Source of the DNA: Escherichia coli
Lineage (GTDB): Bacteria; Pseudomonadota; Gammaproteobacteria; Enterobacterales; Enterobacteriaceae
Reading direction: 5' to 3' (one strand)
DNA length: 64,000 bases
NCBI RefSeq assembly: GCF_050320075.1
Contig: NZ_CP190018.1
Within the stretch, counting starts at the first letter, position 1; every line of letters starts with the position of its first letter. Below, piece by piece: positions 26,481 through 38,121 of the stretch. The notes under the pieces were generated by a model. The model had not been told where the DNA came from and did no database searches. It saw only the letters and a program-made list of their open reading frames with translations. The translations under genes were made by a program, and so were the position numbers.

Positions 26481-27590
26481 ATGAAACGGAATGCGAAAAC
26501 TATCATCGCAGGGATGATTGCACTGGCAATTTCACACACCGCTATGGCTGACGATATTAAAGTCGCCGTTGTCGGCGCGATGTCTGGCCCGATTGCCCAG
26601 TGGGGCGATATGGAATTTAACGGCGCGCGTCAGGCGATTAAAGACATTAATGCCAAAGGGGGAATTAAAGGCGATAAGCTGGTTGGCGTGGAATATGACG
26701 ACGCCTGCGACCCGAAACAAGCCGTTGCGGTCGCCAACAAAATCGTTAACGACGGCATTAAATACGTTATTGGTCATCTGTGTTCTTCCTCTACCCAGCC
26801 AGCGTCGGATATCTACGAAGACGAAGGTATTCTGATGATCTCACCGGGAGCGACCAACCCGGAACTGACCCAACGCGGTTATCAACACATCATGCGTACT
26901 GCCGGGCTGGACTCTTCCCAGGGGCCAACGGCGGCAAAATACATTCTTGAGACGGTGAAGCCCCAGCGCATCGCCATCATTCACGACAAACAACAGTATG
27001 GCGAAGGGCTGGCACGTTCGGTGCAGGACGGGCTGAAAGCGGCTAACGCCAACGTTGTCTTCTTCGACGGTATTACCGCGGGTGAGAAAGATTTCTCCGC
27101 GCTGATCGCCCGCCTGAAAAAAGAAAATATCGACTTCGTTTACTACGGCGGTTACTACCCGGAAATGGGGCAGATGCTGCGCCAGGCCCGTTCCGTTGGC
27201 CTGAAAACTCAGTTTATGGGGCCGGAAGGTGTGGGTAATGCGTCGTTGTCGAATATTGCTGGCGATGCTGCCGAAGGCATGTTGGTCACCATGCCAAAAC
27301 GCTATGACCAGGACCCGGCAAACAAAGGCATCGTTGATGCGCTGAAAGCAGACAAGAAAGATCCATCCGGGCCATATGTCTGGATCACCTACGCGGCGGT
27401 GCAATCTCTGGCAACTGCCCTTGAGCGTACCGGCAGCGATGAGCCGCTGGCGCTGGTGAAAGATTTAAAAGCTAACGGTGCAAATACCGTGATTGGGCCG
27501 CTGAACTGGGATGAAAAAGGCGATCTTAAGGGATTTGATTTTGGTGTCTTCCAGTGGCACGCCGACGGTTCATCCACGGCAGCCAAGTGA
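26481..27590 (+). CDS. livK: Leucine-specific periplasmic binding protein LivK
   Basis: Start at [23 protein letters not shown] signal peptide; 369 aa. Confidence 0.9.
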   Translation: MKRNAKTIIAGMIALAISHTAMADDIKVAVVGAMSGPIAQWGDMEFNGARQAIKDINAKGGIKGDKLVGVEYDDACDPKQAVAVANKIVNDGIKYVIGHLCSSSTQPASDIYEDEGILMISPGATNPELTQRGYQHIMRTAGLDSSQGPTAAKYILETVKPQRIAIIHDKQQYGEGLARSVQDGLKAANANVVFFDGITAGEKDFSALIARLKKENIDFVYYGGYYPEMGQMLRQARSVGLKTQFMGPEGVGNASLSNIAGDAAEGMLVTMPKRYDQDPANKGIVDALKADKKDPSGPYVWITYAAVQSLATALERTGSDEPLALVKDLKANGANTVIGPLNWDEKGDLKGFDFGVFQWHADGSSTAAK

Positions 27591-27637
27591 TCATCCCACC
27601 GCCCGTAAAATGCGGGCGGGTTTAGAAAGGTTACCTT

Positions 27638-28564
27638 ATGTCTGAGCAGTTTTTGTATTTCTTGCAGCAGATGTTTAACGGCGTCACGCTGGGCAGTACC
27701 TACGCGCTGATAGCCATCGGCTACACCATGGTTTATGGCATTATCGGCATGATCAACTTCGCCCACGGCGAGGTTTATATGATTGGCAGCTACGTCTCAT
27801 TTATGATCATCGCCGCACTGATGATGATGGGCATTGATACCGGCTGGCTGCTGGTGGCGGCGGGATTCGTCGGCGCAATCGTCATTGCCAGCGCCTACGG
27901 CTGGAGTATTGAACGGGTAGCCTATCGCCCGGTGCGTAACTCTAAGCGCCTGATTGCGCTCATCTCGGCAATCGGTATGTCCATCTTCCTGCAAAACTAC
28001 GTCAGCCTGACCGAAGGTTCGCGCGACGTGGCGCTGCCCAGCCTGTTTAACGGTCAGTGGGTGGTGGGCCATAGCGAAAACTTCTCTGCCTCTATTACCA
28101 CCATGCAGGCGGTGATCTGGATTGTTACTTTCCTCGCCATGCTGGCGCTGACGATTTTCATTCGCTATTCCCGCATGGGGCGCGCCTGTCGTGCCTGCGC
28201 GGAAGATCTGAAAATGGCGAGTCTGCTTGGCATTAACACCGACCGGGTGATTGCGCTGACCTTTGTGATTGGCGCGGCAATGGCGGCGGTGGCGGGTGTG
28301 TTGCTCGGCCAGTTCTACGGCGTCATTAACCCCTATATCGGCTTTATGGCCGGGATGAAAGCCTTTACCGCTGCGGTGCTCGGTGGGATTGGCAGCATTC
28401 CGGGAGCGATGATTGGCGGGCTGATCCTGGGGATTGCGGAGGCGCTCTCTTCTGCCTATCTGAGTACGGAATATAAAGATGTGGTCTCATTCGCCCTACT
28501 GATTCTGGTGTTGCTGGTGATGCCGACCGGTATTCTGGGTCGCCCGGAGGTAGAGAAAGTATGA
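27638..28564 (+). CDS. livH: Branched-chain amino acid ABC permease LivH
   Basis: 308-aa membrane protein, operon position. Confidence 0.9.
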   Translation: MSEQFLYFLQQMFNGVTLGSTYALIAIGYTMVYGIIGMINFAHGEVYMIGSYVSFMIIAALMMMGIDTGWLLVAAGFVGAIVIASAYGWSIERVAYRPVRNSKRLIALISAIGMSIFLQNYVSLTEGSRDVALPSLFNGQWVVGHSENFSASITTMQAVIWIVTFLAMLALTIFIRYSRMGRACRACAEDLKMASLLGINTDRVIALTFVIGAAMAAVAGVLLGQFYGVINPYIGFMAGMKAFTAAVLGGIGSIPGAMIGGLILGIAEALSSAYLSTEYKDVVSFALLILVLLVMPTGILGRPEVEKV

Positions 28565-29838
28565 AACCGATGCATATTGCAATGGCGCTGCTTTCTGCCG
28601 CGATGTTCTTTGTCCTCGCTGGCGTCTTTATGGGCGTGCAACTGGAGCTGGATGGCACCAAACTGGTGGTCGACACGGCTTCAGACATCCGTTGGCAGTG
28701 GGTGTTTATCGGCACGGCGGTGGTCTTTTTCTTCCAGCTTTTGCGACCGGCTTTCCAGAAAGGGTTGAAAAGCATTTCCGGACCGAAGTTTATTCTGCCC
28801 GCCATTGATGGCTCCACGGTGAAGCAAAAGCTGTTTCTCGTGGCGCTGCTGGTGCTTGCGGTGGCGTGGCCGTTTATGGTTTCACGTGGGACGGTGGATA
28901 TCGCCACCCTGACCATGATCTACATTATTCTCGGTCTCGGGCTGAACGTGGTGGTAGGTCTTTCTGGTCTGCTGGTGCTGGGATACGGCGGCTTTTACGC
29001 CATCGGCGCTTACACTTTTGCGCTGCTCAATCACTATTACGGTTTGGGCTTCTGGACCTGTCTGCCGATTGCCGGGTTAATGGCAGCGGCGGCGGGCTTC
29101 CTGCTCGGCTTCCCGGTGTTGCGTTTACGTGGCGACTATCTGGCGATCGTTACCCTCGGTTTCGGCGAAATTGTGCGCATATTGCTGCTCAATAACACCG
29201 AAATTACCGGCGGACCGAACGGTATCAGTCAGATCCCGAAACCGACGCTCTTCGGACTCGAGTTCAGCCGTACCGCCCGTGAAGGCGGCTGGGACACGTT
29301 CAGTAATTTCTTTGGCCTGAAATACGATCCCTCCGATCGCGTTATCTTCCTGTACCTGGTGGCGTTGCTGCTAGTGGTGTTAAGCCTGTTTGTCATTAAC
29401 CGCCTGCTGCGGATGCCGCTGGGGCGTGCGTGGGAAGCGTTGCGTGAAGATGAAATCGCTTGTCGTTCGCTGGGCTTAAGCCCGCGTCGTATCAAGCTGA
29501 CTGCCTTTACCATCAGCGCTGCGTTTGCCGGTTTTGCCGGAACGCTGTTTGCTGCGCGCCAGGGCTTTGTCAGCCCTGAATCCTTCACTTTTGCCGAATC
29601 GGCGTTTGTGCTGGCGATAGTGGTGCTCGGCGGTATGGGCTCGCAATTTGCGGTAATTCTGGCGGCAATTTTGCTGGTGGTGTCGCGCGAATTGATGCGT
29701 GATTTCAACGAATACAGCATGTTAATGCTCGGTGGTTTGATGGTGCTGATGATGATCTGGCGTCCGCAGGGCTTGCTGCCCATGACGCGCCCGCAACTCA
29801 AGCTGAAAAACGGCGCAGCAAAAGGAGAGCAGGCATGA
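28561..29838 (+). CDS. livM: Branched-chain amino acid ABC permease LivM
   Basis: 425-aa membrane protein; 4-bp overlap with livH. Confidence 0.9.
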   Translation: MKPMHIAMALLSAAMFFVLAGVFMGVQLELDGTKLVVDTASDIRWQWVFIGTAVVFFFQLLRPAFQKGLKSISGPKFILPAIDGSTVKQKLFLVALLVLAVAWPFMVSRGTVDIATLTMIYIILGLGLNVVVGLSGLLVLGYGGFYAIGAYTFALLNHYYGLGFWTCLPIAGLMAAAAGFLLGFPVLRLRGDYLAIVTLGFGEIVRILLLNNTEITGGPNGISQIPKPTLFGLEFSRTAREGGWDTFSNFFGLKYDPSDRVIFLYLVALLLVVLSLFVINRLLRMPLGRAWEALREDEIACRSLGLSPRRIKLTAFTISAAFAGFAGTLFAARQGFVSPESFTFAESAFVLAIVVLGGMGSQFAVILAAILLVVSRELMRDFNEYSMLMLGGLMVLMMIWRPQGLLPMTRPQLKLKNGAAKGEQA

Positions 29839-30602
29839 GTCAGCCATTATTATCTGTTAACGGCCTGATGATGCGCTTCGGCGGCCTGCTGGCGGTGAAC
29901 AACGTCAATCTTGAACTGTACCCGCAGGAGATCGTCTCGTTAATCGGCCCTAACGGTGCCGGAAAAACCACGGTCTTCAACTGCCTGACCGGATTCTACA
30001 AACCTACCGGCGGCACCATTTTACTGCGCGATCAGCATCTGGAAGGTTTACCGGGGCAGCAAATCGCCCGCATGGGCGTGGTGCGCACCTTCCAGCATGT
30101 GCGTCTGTTCCGTGAAATGACGGTGATTGAAAACCTGCTGGTGGCACAGCATCAGCAACTGAAAACCGGGCTGTTCTCCGGCCTGTTGAAAACACCCTCT
30201 TTCCGTCGCGCCCAGAGTGAAGCACTCGACCGCGCCGCCACCTGGCTTGAGCGTATTGGTTTGCTGGAACACGCCAACCGCCAGGCGAGCAACCTGGCCT
30301 ATGGCGACCAGCGTCGTCTGGAGATCGCCCGCTGCATGGTGACGCAGCCGGAGATTTTAATGCTCGACGAACCGGCAGCAGGTCTTAACCCAAAAGAGAC
30401 GAAAGAGCTGGATGAGCTGATTGCCGAACTGCGTAACCATCACAACACCACTATCTTGTTGATTGAACACGATATGAAGCTGGTGATGGGGATTTCAGAC
30501 AGAATTTACGTGGTCAACCAGGGGACGCCGCTGGCAAACGGTACGCCGGAGCAGATCCGTAATAACCCGGACGTGATCCGTGCCTATTTAGGTGAGGCAT
30601 AA
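29835..30602 (+). CDS. livG: Branched-chain amino acid ABC ATPase LivG
   Basis: 255 aa; Walker [10 protein letters not shown]. Confidence 0.9.
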   Translation: MSQPLLSVNGLMMRFGGLLAVNNVNLELYPQEIVSLIGPNGAGKTTVFNCLTGFYKPTGGTILLRDQHLEGLPGQQIARMGVVRTFQHVRLFREMTVIENLLVAQHQQLKTGLFSGLLKTPSFRRAQSEALDRAATWLERIGLLEHANRQASNLAYGDQRRLEIARCMVTQPEILMLDEPAAGLNPKETKELDELIAELRNHHNTTILLIEHDMKLVMGISDRIYVVNQGTPLANGTPEQIRNNPDVIRAYLGEA

Positions 30603-30603
30603 G

Positions 30604-31317
30604 ATGGAAAAAGTCATGTTGTCCTTTGACAAAGTCAGCGCCCACTACGGCAAAATCCAGGCGCTGCATGAGGTGAGCCTGCATATCAATCAGGGCGAGA
30701 TTGTCACCCTCATTGGCGCGAACGGCGCGGGGAAAACCACCTTGCTCGGCACGTTATGCGGCGACCCACGCGCCACCAGCGGGCGAATTGTGTTTGATGA
30801 TAAAGACATTACCGACTGGCAGACGGCGAAAATCATGCGCGAAGCGGTGGCGATTGTCCCGGAAGGGCGTCGCGTTTTCTCGCGGATGACGGTGGAAGAG
30901 AACCTGGCGATGGGCGGCTTTTTTGCCGAACGCGACCAGTTCCAGGAGCGCATAAAGTGGGTGTATGAACTGTTTCCACGTCTGCATGAGCGCCGTGTTC
31001 AGCGGGCAGGCACCATGTCCGGCGGTGAGCAGCAGATGCTGGCGATTGGTCGCGCGCTGATGAGCAACCCGCGTTTGTTGTTACTTGATGAGCCATCGCT
31101 CGGTCTTGCGCCGATTATCATCCAGCAAATTTTCGACACCATCGAACAACTGCGCGAGCAGGGGATGACTATCTTCCTCGTCGAGCAGAACGCCAACCAG
31201 GCGCTGAAGCTCGCTGATCGCGGCTACGTGCTGGAAAACGGCCATGTTGTGCTCTCCGATACTGGTAATGCGCTGCTGGCGAACGAAGCAGTGAGAAGTG
31301 CGTATTTAGGCGGGTAA
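30604..31317 (+). CDS. livF: Branched-chain amino acid ABC ATPase LivF
   Basis: Start at MEKVMLSFDKV (237 aa); Walker A GANGAGKTT. Confidence 0.9.
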   Translation: MEKVMLSFDKVSAHYGKIQALHEVSLHINQGEIVTLIGANGAGKTTLLGTLCGDPRATSGRIVFDDKDITDWQTAKIMREAVAIVPEGRRVFSRMTVEENLAMGGFFAERDQFQERIKWVYELFPRLHERRVQRAGTMSGGEQQMLAIGRALMSNPRLLLLDEPSLGLAPIIIQQIFDTIEQLREQGMTIFLVEQNANQALKLADRGYVLENGHVVLSDTGNALLANEAVRSAYLGG

Positions 31318-31435
31318 ATTATCGATAACCCGGCAGCTAAGTTCTGCCGGGTTATTCGTCCGTATACAGACTTGTTTCAACTGACCAGGAGGATTAAAAC
31401 CAGACCACTTATTTGCCACGGAAAGGTTCCCTCCC

Positions 31436-32182
31436 ATGCATTATGCCGTTGTTGTCATGCTTGAACTGCTTTGCTGTATTCACGCTTACCGTACCGGACA
31501 AGAGCGGTACTGGATTTTTATCATTTTCTGTTTTCCGGTGATTGGCTGCGTGGCGTATTTCGTCATAGTGATGCTGCCTGAAACGGGCGCTGACCGTCAC
31601 GGGCATACTTTGCTGATGCGCCTGCAGGACAAACTCAACCCTGAGCGCCACCTGCGCAAATTAACCGAAGAACTGGCGATTGCCGAGACCAATCAAAACC
31701 ATTATGCGTTGGCTAATGAACTGGCGCGTCTGGGGCGTTATCACGAAGCTGTTCCCCATTATCAGCAGGCGTTAAGCGGGATATTCGCCCATGAAGCGGC
31801 AATGATGCTAAGCCTGGCGCAGGCACAGTTTGCTATTCAGGAGTTCGCCGCCTGTCAGCAGACGCTGGAAGATGTGATGCGTTATAACCCTGATTTTCAG
31901 TCGGCAGACGGGCATTTGTTATTTGCCAGAACGTTAGCCGCACAAGAAAAATACGCTGATGCGGAAAGCGAGTTTGAAGTATTGATTTCTTATTACCCCG
32001 GCCCGCAGGCGCGTATTTACTATGCGGAAATGTTGGCGAAAATGAGTCGGTTACGTGAAGCCAACGAGCAGTATGTTGCCGTGGTTGATACGGCTAAACG
32101 CTCAAGACCTCATTATAGAAAACACCACCGGGAATGGATTAAGACCGCCAATGAGCGGCTGAAGCAGAGTGTGGTGCAATGA
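31436..32182 (+). CDS. Hypothetical membrane-anchored protein: N-terminal two-TM hairpin (PLDc_N-like FPVIGCVAYF motif) plus helical TPR-like repeat domain
   Basis: 248-aa ORF with coherent protein-like composition between livF and ugpB; not in the K-12 gene order as I recall it. Start codon uncertain (weak RBS). Confidence 0.5.
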   Translation: MHYAVVVMLELLCCIHAYRTGQERYWIFIIFCFPVIGCVAYFVIVMLPETGADRHGHTLLMRLQDKLNPERHLRKLTEELAIAETNQNHYALANELARLGRYHEAVPHYQQALSGIFAHEAAMMLSLAQAQFAIQEFAACQQTLEDVMRYNPDFQSADGHLLFARTLAAQEKYADAESEFEVLISYYPGPQARIYYAEMLAKMSRLREANEQYVAVVDTAKRSRPHYRKHHREWIKTANERLKQSVVQ

Positions 32183-32403
32183 AAATCTTCTTTGCCGTTA
32201 GACCAGTGTCGCGGCAATCTTTTGTTAAAATTGAAAAATGTAGCTCTCATCGGGCAGCAAAACTGGACGCAGAATTTGCTGCCATTTTTGCTCTTCATGG
32301 TAAGGAGTTCTGGCGATTAGCTGGCCGTTAATCGCCTCTTTTCAGTGCATTCTCGGGATATCCGTGCCCCATCTCCCATTTTCCCTCACCCGTACCGTCA
32401 CCG

Positions 32404-32425
32404 CCTTGTCATCTTTCTGACACCT
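32404..32425 (+). promoter_or_regulatory. Pho box (PhoB binding site) in ugpB promoter
   Basis: cttgtcatctttctgacacc resembles the CTGTCAT-N4-CTGTCAC pho box; a further pho-box-like repeat near 32461-32483; ugp is a known Pho regulon operon. Confidence 0.6.
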
Positions 32426-32541
32426 TACTATCTTACAAATGTAACAAAAAAGTTATTTTTCTGTAATTCGAGCATGTCATGTTACCCCGCGAGCATAAAA
32501 CGCGTGAATTCGCGCATTCGGTACAACAAGAGAGATAAACG

Positions 32542-33858
32542 ATGAAACCGTTACATTATACAGCTTCAGCACTGGCGCTCGGACTGGCGTTAATGGGGAA
32601 TGCACAGGCAGTGACGACCATTCCGTTCTGGCATTCTATGGAAGGGGAACTGGGTAAAGAGGTGGATTCTCTGGCCCAACGTTTTAACGCCGAAAACCCG
32701 GATTACAAAATTGTACCGACCTATAAAGGCAACTACGAACAGAATTTAAGCGCGGGGATTGCCGCATTTCGTACCGGCAACGCGCCTGCTATTTTGCAGG
32801 TTTATGAAGTTGGCACCGCCACCATGATGGCGTCGAAAGCCATTAAACCGGTATATGACGTGTTTAAAGAGGCGGGGATTCAGTTCGATGAGTCGCAGTT
32901 TGTGCCGACGGTTTCAGGCTACTACTCCGACAGCAAAACCGGCCACTTACTCTCCCAGCCGTTCAACAGCTCGACTCCCGTTCTCTATTACAACAAAGAC
33001 GCCTTCAAGAAAGCCGGTTTAGACCCGGAACAGCCGCCGAAAACCTGGCAGGATCTGGCGGACTATGCCGCAAAACTGAAAGCCTCCGGTATGAAGTGCG
33101 GCTACGCCAGCGGCTGGCAGGGCTGGATCCAACTGGAAAACTTTAGCGCCTGGAACGGTCTGCCGTTTGCCAGCAAAAACAACGGCTTTGACGGCACAGA
33201 CGCGGTGCTGGAGTTCAACAAGCCGGAGCAGGTGAAACACATCGCTATGCTCGAAGAGATGAACAAGAAGGGCGATTTCAGCTACGTCGGGCGTAAGGAT
33301 GAATCCACTGAGAAGTTCTATAACGGTGATTGCGCGATGACCACCGCCTCTTCCGGTTCTCTCGCCAACATTCGCGAGTACGCCAAATTTAACTACGGCG
33401 TAGGCATGATGCCTTACGACGCCGATGCGAAAGATGCGCCACAAAACGCCATTATCGGCGGAGCCAGCTTGTGGGTAATGCAGGGTAAAGATAAAGAAAC
33501 TTATACGGGTGTGGCGAAGTTCCTCGACTTCCTCGCGAAGCCAGAAAACGCTGCCGAGTGGCATCAGAAAACTGGTTATCTGCCAATCACCAAAGCGGCG
33601 TATGACCTGACCCGTGAGCAGGGTTTTTATGAGAAAAACCCAGGGGCGGATACCGCGACGCGTCAGATGCTGAATAAGCCGCCGTTACCGTTCACCAAAG
33701 GGCTGCGTCTGGGCAACATGCCGCAGATCCGCGTGATTGTGGATGAAGAGCTGGAGAGCGTGTGGACCGGTAAGAAGACACCACAGCAGGCGCTGGATAC
33801 CGCCGTTGAGCGTGGGAACCAGTTACTGCGCCGCTTTGAGCAGTCTACGAAGTCTTAA
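32542..33858 (+). CDS. ugpB: sn-Glycerol-3-phosphate periplasmic binding protein UgpB
   Basis: 438 aa with signal peptide [23 protein letters not shown]. Confidence 0.95.
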   Translation: MKPLHYTASALALGLALMGNAQAVTTIPFWHSMEGELGKEVDSLAQRFNAENPDYKIVPTYKGNYEQNLSAGIAAFRTGNAPAILQVYEVGTATMMASKAIKPVYDVFKEAGIQFDESQFVPTVSGYYSDSKTGHLLSQPFNSSTPVLYYNKDAFKKAGLDPEQPPKTWQDLADYAAKLKASGMKCGYASGWQGWIQLENFSAWNGLPFASKNNGFDGTDAVLEFNKPEQVKHIAMLEEMNKKGDFSYVGRKDESTEKFYNGDCAMTTASSGSLANIREYAKFNYGVGMMPYDADAKDAPQNAIIGGASLWVMQGKDKETYTGVAKFLDFLAKPENAAEWHQKTGYLPITKAAYDLTREQGFYEKNPGADTATRQMLNKPPLPFTKGLRLGNMPQIRVIVDEELESVWTGKKTPQQALDTAVERGNQLLRRFEQSTKS

Positions 33859-33860
33859 TT

Positions 33861-34015
33861 CTCTTACCCTCACCCTAACCCTCTCCCAAAGGGAGAGGGG
33901 ACCGATCGGCGTGGTATCCAGGTGCCGTGTCGGTTTGCAACTTCGCTCGGTGGGAAAGTATGCACCGCCTTTCTCCCTCGCCCCTTTGGGGAGAGGGCCG
34001 GGGTGAGGGGAACAC
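33861..34015. repeat. GC-rich palindromic intergenic repeat pair (ccctcaccctaaccctctccc ... gggagagggccggggtgagggg)
   Basis: Inverted copies flanking about 90 bp between ugpB and ugpA; same family as 15300-15355. Confidence 0.6.
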
Positions 34016-34033
34016 AACACGAAGAGTTTAACT

Positions 34034-34921
34034 ATGTCATCATCCCGTCCGGTGTTCCGCTCGCGCTGGCTGCCCTATTTGCTGGTCGCGCCGCAGCTCA
34101 TTATCACCGTTATCTTTTTTATCTGGCCTGCGGGCGAAGCGTTGTGGTACTCGCTGCAAAGCGTCGATCCGTTTGGTTTCTCCAGCCAGTTTGTCGGCCT
34201 GGATAACTTCGTCGCGCTGTTTCATGACAGCTACTATCTCGACTCCTTCTGGACGACGATAAAATTCAGCACCTTTGTCACCGTCAGCGGTTTGCTGGTG
34301 TCGCTGTTCTTTGCGGCGCTGGTGGAGTACATCGTGCGCGGCAGCCGTTTCTATCAAACCTTAATGCTGCTGCCTTACGCCGTGGCACCCGCCGTTGCCG
34401 CCGTATTGTGGATCTTCCTGTTTAACCCTGGTCGCGGGCTGATCACCCATTTTCTCGCTGAGTTCGGCTACGACTGGAACCACGCGCAAAACAGCGGTCA
34501 GGCGATGTTTCTGGTGGTGTTTGCCTCGGTGTGGAAGCAAATTAGCTACAACTTTCTGTTCTTCTATGCCGCGCTGCAATCCATTCCCCGTTCGTTTATC
34601 GAAGCCGCAGCCATCGACGGTGCAGGCCCGATTCGCCGCTTCTTTAAGATTGCGCTGCCGCTTATCGCTCCGGTGAGTTTCTTCCTGCTGGTGGTGAACC
34701 TGGTGTACGCCTTCTTCGACACCTTCCCGGTGATCGACGCCGCCACGTCCGGCGGGCCGGTTCAGGCCACCACGACGCTGATTTATAAGATTTACCGCGA
34801 AGGCTTTACCGGACTGGATCTGGCTTCGTCTGCCGCGCAGTCGGTGGTGTTGATGTTCCTCGTCATCGTGCTGACGGTGGTGCAGTTCCGCTATGTTGAA
34901 AGCAAGGTGCGTTACCAATGA
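34034..34921 (+). CDS. ugpA: G3P ABC permease UgpA
   Basis: 295-aa membrane protein. Confidence 0.9.
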
Positions 34922-35763
34922 TTGAGAACCGTCCGTGGCTGACAATATTCAGCCATACCATGCTGATCCTCGGGATCGCGGTGATCCTCTTCCCGCTGTA
35001 CGTGGCGTTTGTCGCGGCGACGCTGGATAAACAGGCCGTCTACGCCGCGCCGATGACGCTAATCCCCGGCACACATCTGCTGGAAAACATCCACAACATC
35101 TGGGTGAACGGGGTAGGCACGAATAGTGCGCCTTTCTGGCGGATGTTGCTTAACAGCTTTGTGATGGCGTTCAGCATTACGCTCGGCAAAATTACCGTCT
35201 CGATGCTTTCGGCATTTGCCATTGTCTGGTTTCGTTTTCCGCTACGTAACCTCTTCTTCTGGATGATTTTTATCACTCTGATGTTGCCGGTTGAAGTGCG
35301 TATTTTCCCGACGGTGGAAGTGATCGCCAATCTGAAAATGCTCGACAGCTACGCCGGTTTAACGCTGCCGCTGATGGCCTCGGCGACCGCCACGTTTCTT
35401 TTCCGCCAGTTCTTTATGACGCTGCCGGATGAGCTGGTGGAAGCGGCGCGGATCGACGGTGCGTCACCAATGCGCTTCTTTTGCGACATCGTTTTTCCGC
35501 TCTCCAAAACTAATCTGGCGGCGCTGTTTGTGATCACCTTTATCTACGGCTGGAACCAGTATTTGTGGCCGTTGTTGATTATTACCGATGTGGATCTCGG
35601 CACCACCGTGGCAGGGATTAAAGGGATGATCGCCACTGGCGAAGGCACCACGGAATGGAACTCGGTGATGGCGGCGATGTTGTTAACGCTGATCCCTCCG
35701 GTGGTGATTGTTTTAGTGATGCAGCGTGCCTTTGTGCGCGGCCTGGTCGATAGTGAGAAATAA
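34918..35763 (+). CDS. ugpE: G3P ABC permease UgpE
   Basis: 281-aa membrane protein, 4-bp overlap. Confidence 0.9.
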
Positions 35764-35764
35764 G

Positions 35765-36835
35765 ATGGCAGGACTGAAATTACAGGCAGTAACCAAAAGC
35801 TGGGATGGCAAAACCCAGGTCATTAAACCGCTGACCCTTGATGTGGCGGATGGCGAATTTATCGTGATGGTCGGGCCGTCTGGCTGCGGGAAATCGACGT
35901 TATTGCGAATGGTGGCCGGACTGGAGCGGGTAACGACGGGCGATATCTGGATCGACCGCAAGCGTGTCACCGAAATGGAGCCGAAAGATCGCGGGATTGC
36001 GATGGTGTTCCAGAACTACGCGCTCTATCCGCATATGAGCGTAGAGGAGAATATGGCGTGGGGGCTGAAAATTCGCGGCATGGGCAAGCAACAAATTGCC
36101 GAACGTGTTAAAGAAGCGGCGCGCATTCTGGAGCTGGACGGCCTGCTTAAGCGCCGCCCGCGTGAGTTATCTGGCGGTCAGCGTCAGCGTGTGGCGATGG
36201 GGCGTGCGATTGTGCGTGAGCCGGCAGTGTTCCTGTTTGATGAGCCGCTCTCTAACCTCGATGCCAAGTTGCGTGTGCAGATGCGTCTTGAACTGCAACA
36301 GCTGCACCGTCGCCTGAAAACGACTTCACTCTACGTTACCCACGATCAGGTTGAGGCGATGACGCTCGCCCAGCGAGTAATGGTGATGAACGGCGGCGTT
36401 GCCGAACAGATTGGCACGCCAGTTGAAGTGTACGAAAAGCCCGCCAGCCTGTTTGTGGCGAGTTTTATCGGCAGTCCGGCGATGAATCTGCTGGCAGGGC
36501 GTGTGAATAACGAAGGTACGCATTTCGAACTGGACGGCGGTATCGCGCTGCCGCTAAACGGTGGCTACCGTCAGTATGCTGGACGTAAAATGACTCTCGG
36601 CATTCGCCCGGAACATATTACGCTACGTTCGCAGGCTGAAGGTGGCGTGCCGCTGGTGATGGACACGCTGGAGATCCTCGGCGCAGATAACCTGGCGCAC
36701 GGACGCTGGGGCGAACAGAAGCTGGTGGTGCGACTGGCGCATCAGGAGCGCCCGACGGCAGGCAGCACGCTGTGGCTGCATCTGCCGGAAAATCAGCTGC
36801 ATCTTTTTGATGGTGAAACAGGACAACGAGTATGA
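35765..36835 (+). CDS. ugpC: G3P ABC ATPase UgpC
   Basis: Start at [13 protein letters not shown] (356 aa); Walker [10 protein letters not shown]. Confidence 0.9.
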   Translation: MAGLKLQAVTKSWDGKTQVIKPLTLDVADGEFIVMVGPSGCGKSTLLRMVAGLERVTTGDIWIDRKRVTEMEPKDRGIAMVFQNYALYPHMSVEENMAWGLKIRGMGKQQIAERVKEAARILELDGLLKRRPRELSGGQRQRVAMGRAIVREPAVFLFDEPLSNLDAKLRVQMRLELQQLHRRLKTTSLYVTHDQVEAMTLAQRVMVMNGGVAEQIGTPVEVYEKPASLFVASFIGSPAMNLLAGRVNNEGTHFELDGGIALPLNGGYRQYAGRKMTLGIRPEHITLRSQAEGGVPLVMDTLEILGADNLAHGRWGEQKLVVRLAHQERPTAGSTLWLHLPENQLHLFDGETGQRV

Positions 36836-37575
36836 GTAACTGGCCTTATCCCCGCATCGTCGCCCATCGTGGCGGCGGTAAACTGGCCCCGGAGAACACC
36901 CTGGCAGCAATCGACGTCGGGGCAAAATACGGTCATAAGATGATCGAATTTGACGCGAAGTTATCGAAAGATGGCGAGATCTTCCTGCTCCATGACGACA
37001 ATCTTGAACGCACCAGCAACGGCTGGGGCGTCGCGGGCGATCTGAACTGGCAGGATTTACTGCGCGTGGATGCAGGCAGTTGGTACAGCAAAGCGTTTAA
37101 AGGTGAGCCGCTACCGTTGCTTTCGCAGGTGGCGGAACGCTGTCGCGAACACGGGATGATGGCGAATATCGAAATCAAACCCACCACTGGCACCGGGCCA
37201 TTAACGGGCAAAATGGTGGCGCTGGCGGCACGCGAACTGTGGGCCGATATGACGCCGCCGCTGCTGTCATCGTTTGAGATTGATGCTTTAGAAGCTGCAC
37301 AACAGGCTGCACCGGAACTGCCGCGCGGTTTGTTGTTGGATGAGTGGCGCGACGACTGGCGAGAACTGACCGCGCGACTGGGCTGCGTCTCTATTCATCT
37401 CAATCATAAGTTGCTTGATAAAGCGCGAGTGATGCAGTTGAAAGACGCCGGATTACGGATTCTGGTTTATACCGTCAATAAACCCCAGCGCGCGGCAGAG
37501 TTGCTGCGCTGGGGCGTGGATTGCATCTGCACCGATGCGATTGACGTGATTGGTCCGAACTTTACGGCCCAATAG
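36832..37575 (+). CDS. ugpQ: Glycerophosphodiester phosphodiesterase UgpQ
   Basis: 247 aa; GDPD motifs ([16 protein letters not shown]). Confidence 0.9.
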   Translation: MSNWPYPRIVAHRGGGKLAPENTLAAIDVGAKYGHKMIEFDAKLSKDGEIFLLHDDNLERTSNGWGVAGDLNWQDLLRVDAGSWYSKAFKGEPLPLLSQVAERCREHGMMANIEIKPTTGTGPLTGKMVALAARELWADMTPPLLSSFEIDALEAAQQAAPELPRGLLLDEWRDDWRELTARLGCVSIHLNHKLLDKARVMQLKDAGLRILVYTVNKPQRAAELLRWGVDCICTDAIDVIGPNFTAQ

Positions 37576-38002
37576 TTTTCAACGGAATATCAGGCTGCGG
37601 CGTGCTGGGCTGATTCAGCATGTCGCCGTTTCTCCTCTCCGGCAACATATGCTGCTGATTCAACGGACTATCCGGATTACGGTTGCTGTTTAACATCCCG
37701 CCGTTGGTGTTGGGCAGCATTTGCTGCCGGGCGGGATTTCGCTCCCCCGGCTGTGACTGCAACACCCGCTGAGAATTATTGTTGATCTGGTTTTCTAAAT
37801 GCTGCTGTTGCAACTGCGTTTGCGTTTTCAGTTGCTGATTCAGCATCCCTTTTTGCTGGATTTGCTGCGTTTGCATTTGAGTCTGCATCCGCTGCTGGCT
37901 GGGGATCTGATATCCCGGCTGGTTGGGGTTGTTCAGAGTATTAATGGGCTGTGCAAAGCCGACAAACGGCAGGAGTGCCGTCAAAAGCAGAAGTCGTTTC
38001 AT
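37562..38002 (-). CDS. yhhA: Secreted Q/N-rich protein YhhA
   Basis: 146 aa, signal peptide, glutamine-rich low-complexity. Confidence 0.75.
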   Translation of the reverse strand: MKRLLLLTALLPFVGFAQPINTLNNPNQPGYQIPSQQRMQTQMQTQQIQQKGMLNQQLKTQTQLQQQHLENQINNNSQRVLQSQPGERNPARQQMLPNTNGGMLNSNRNPDSPLNQQHMLPERRNGDMLNQPSTPQPDIPLKTIGP

Positions 38003-38121
38003 CGCGTATCCTCCTCTGAAGATATTCTTTAAGTTTACTCGCTTCCCGGCAAAACGATGATTAATTCAGAGTTATATACCAGGCTTAGCTGGGGTTGCCC
38101 CTTAATCTCTGGAGAATAACG

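Noticed and set aside
32345-32545. 66-aa ORF overlapping the ugpB promoter and pho boxes
   Set aside because: It overlaps known-type regulatory sequence immediately upstream of ugpB and is unlikely to be coding.
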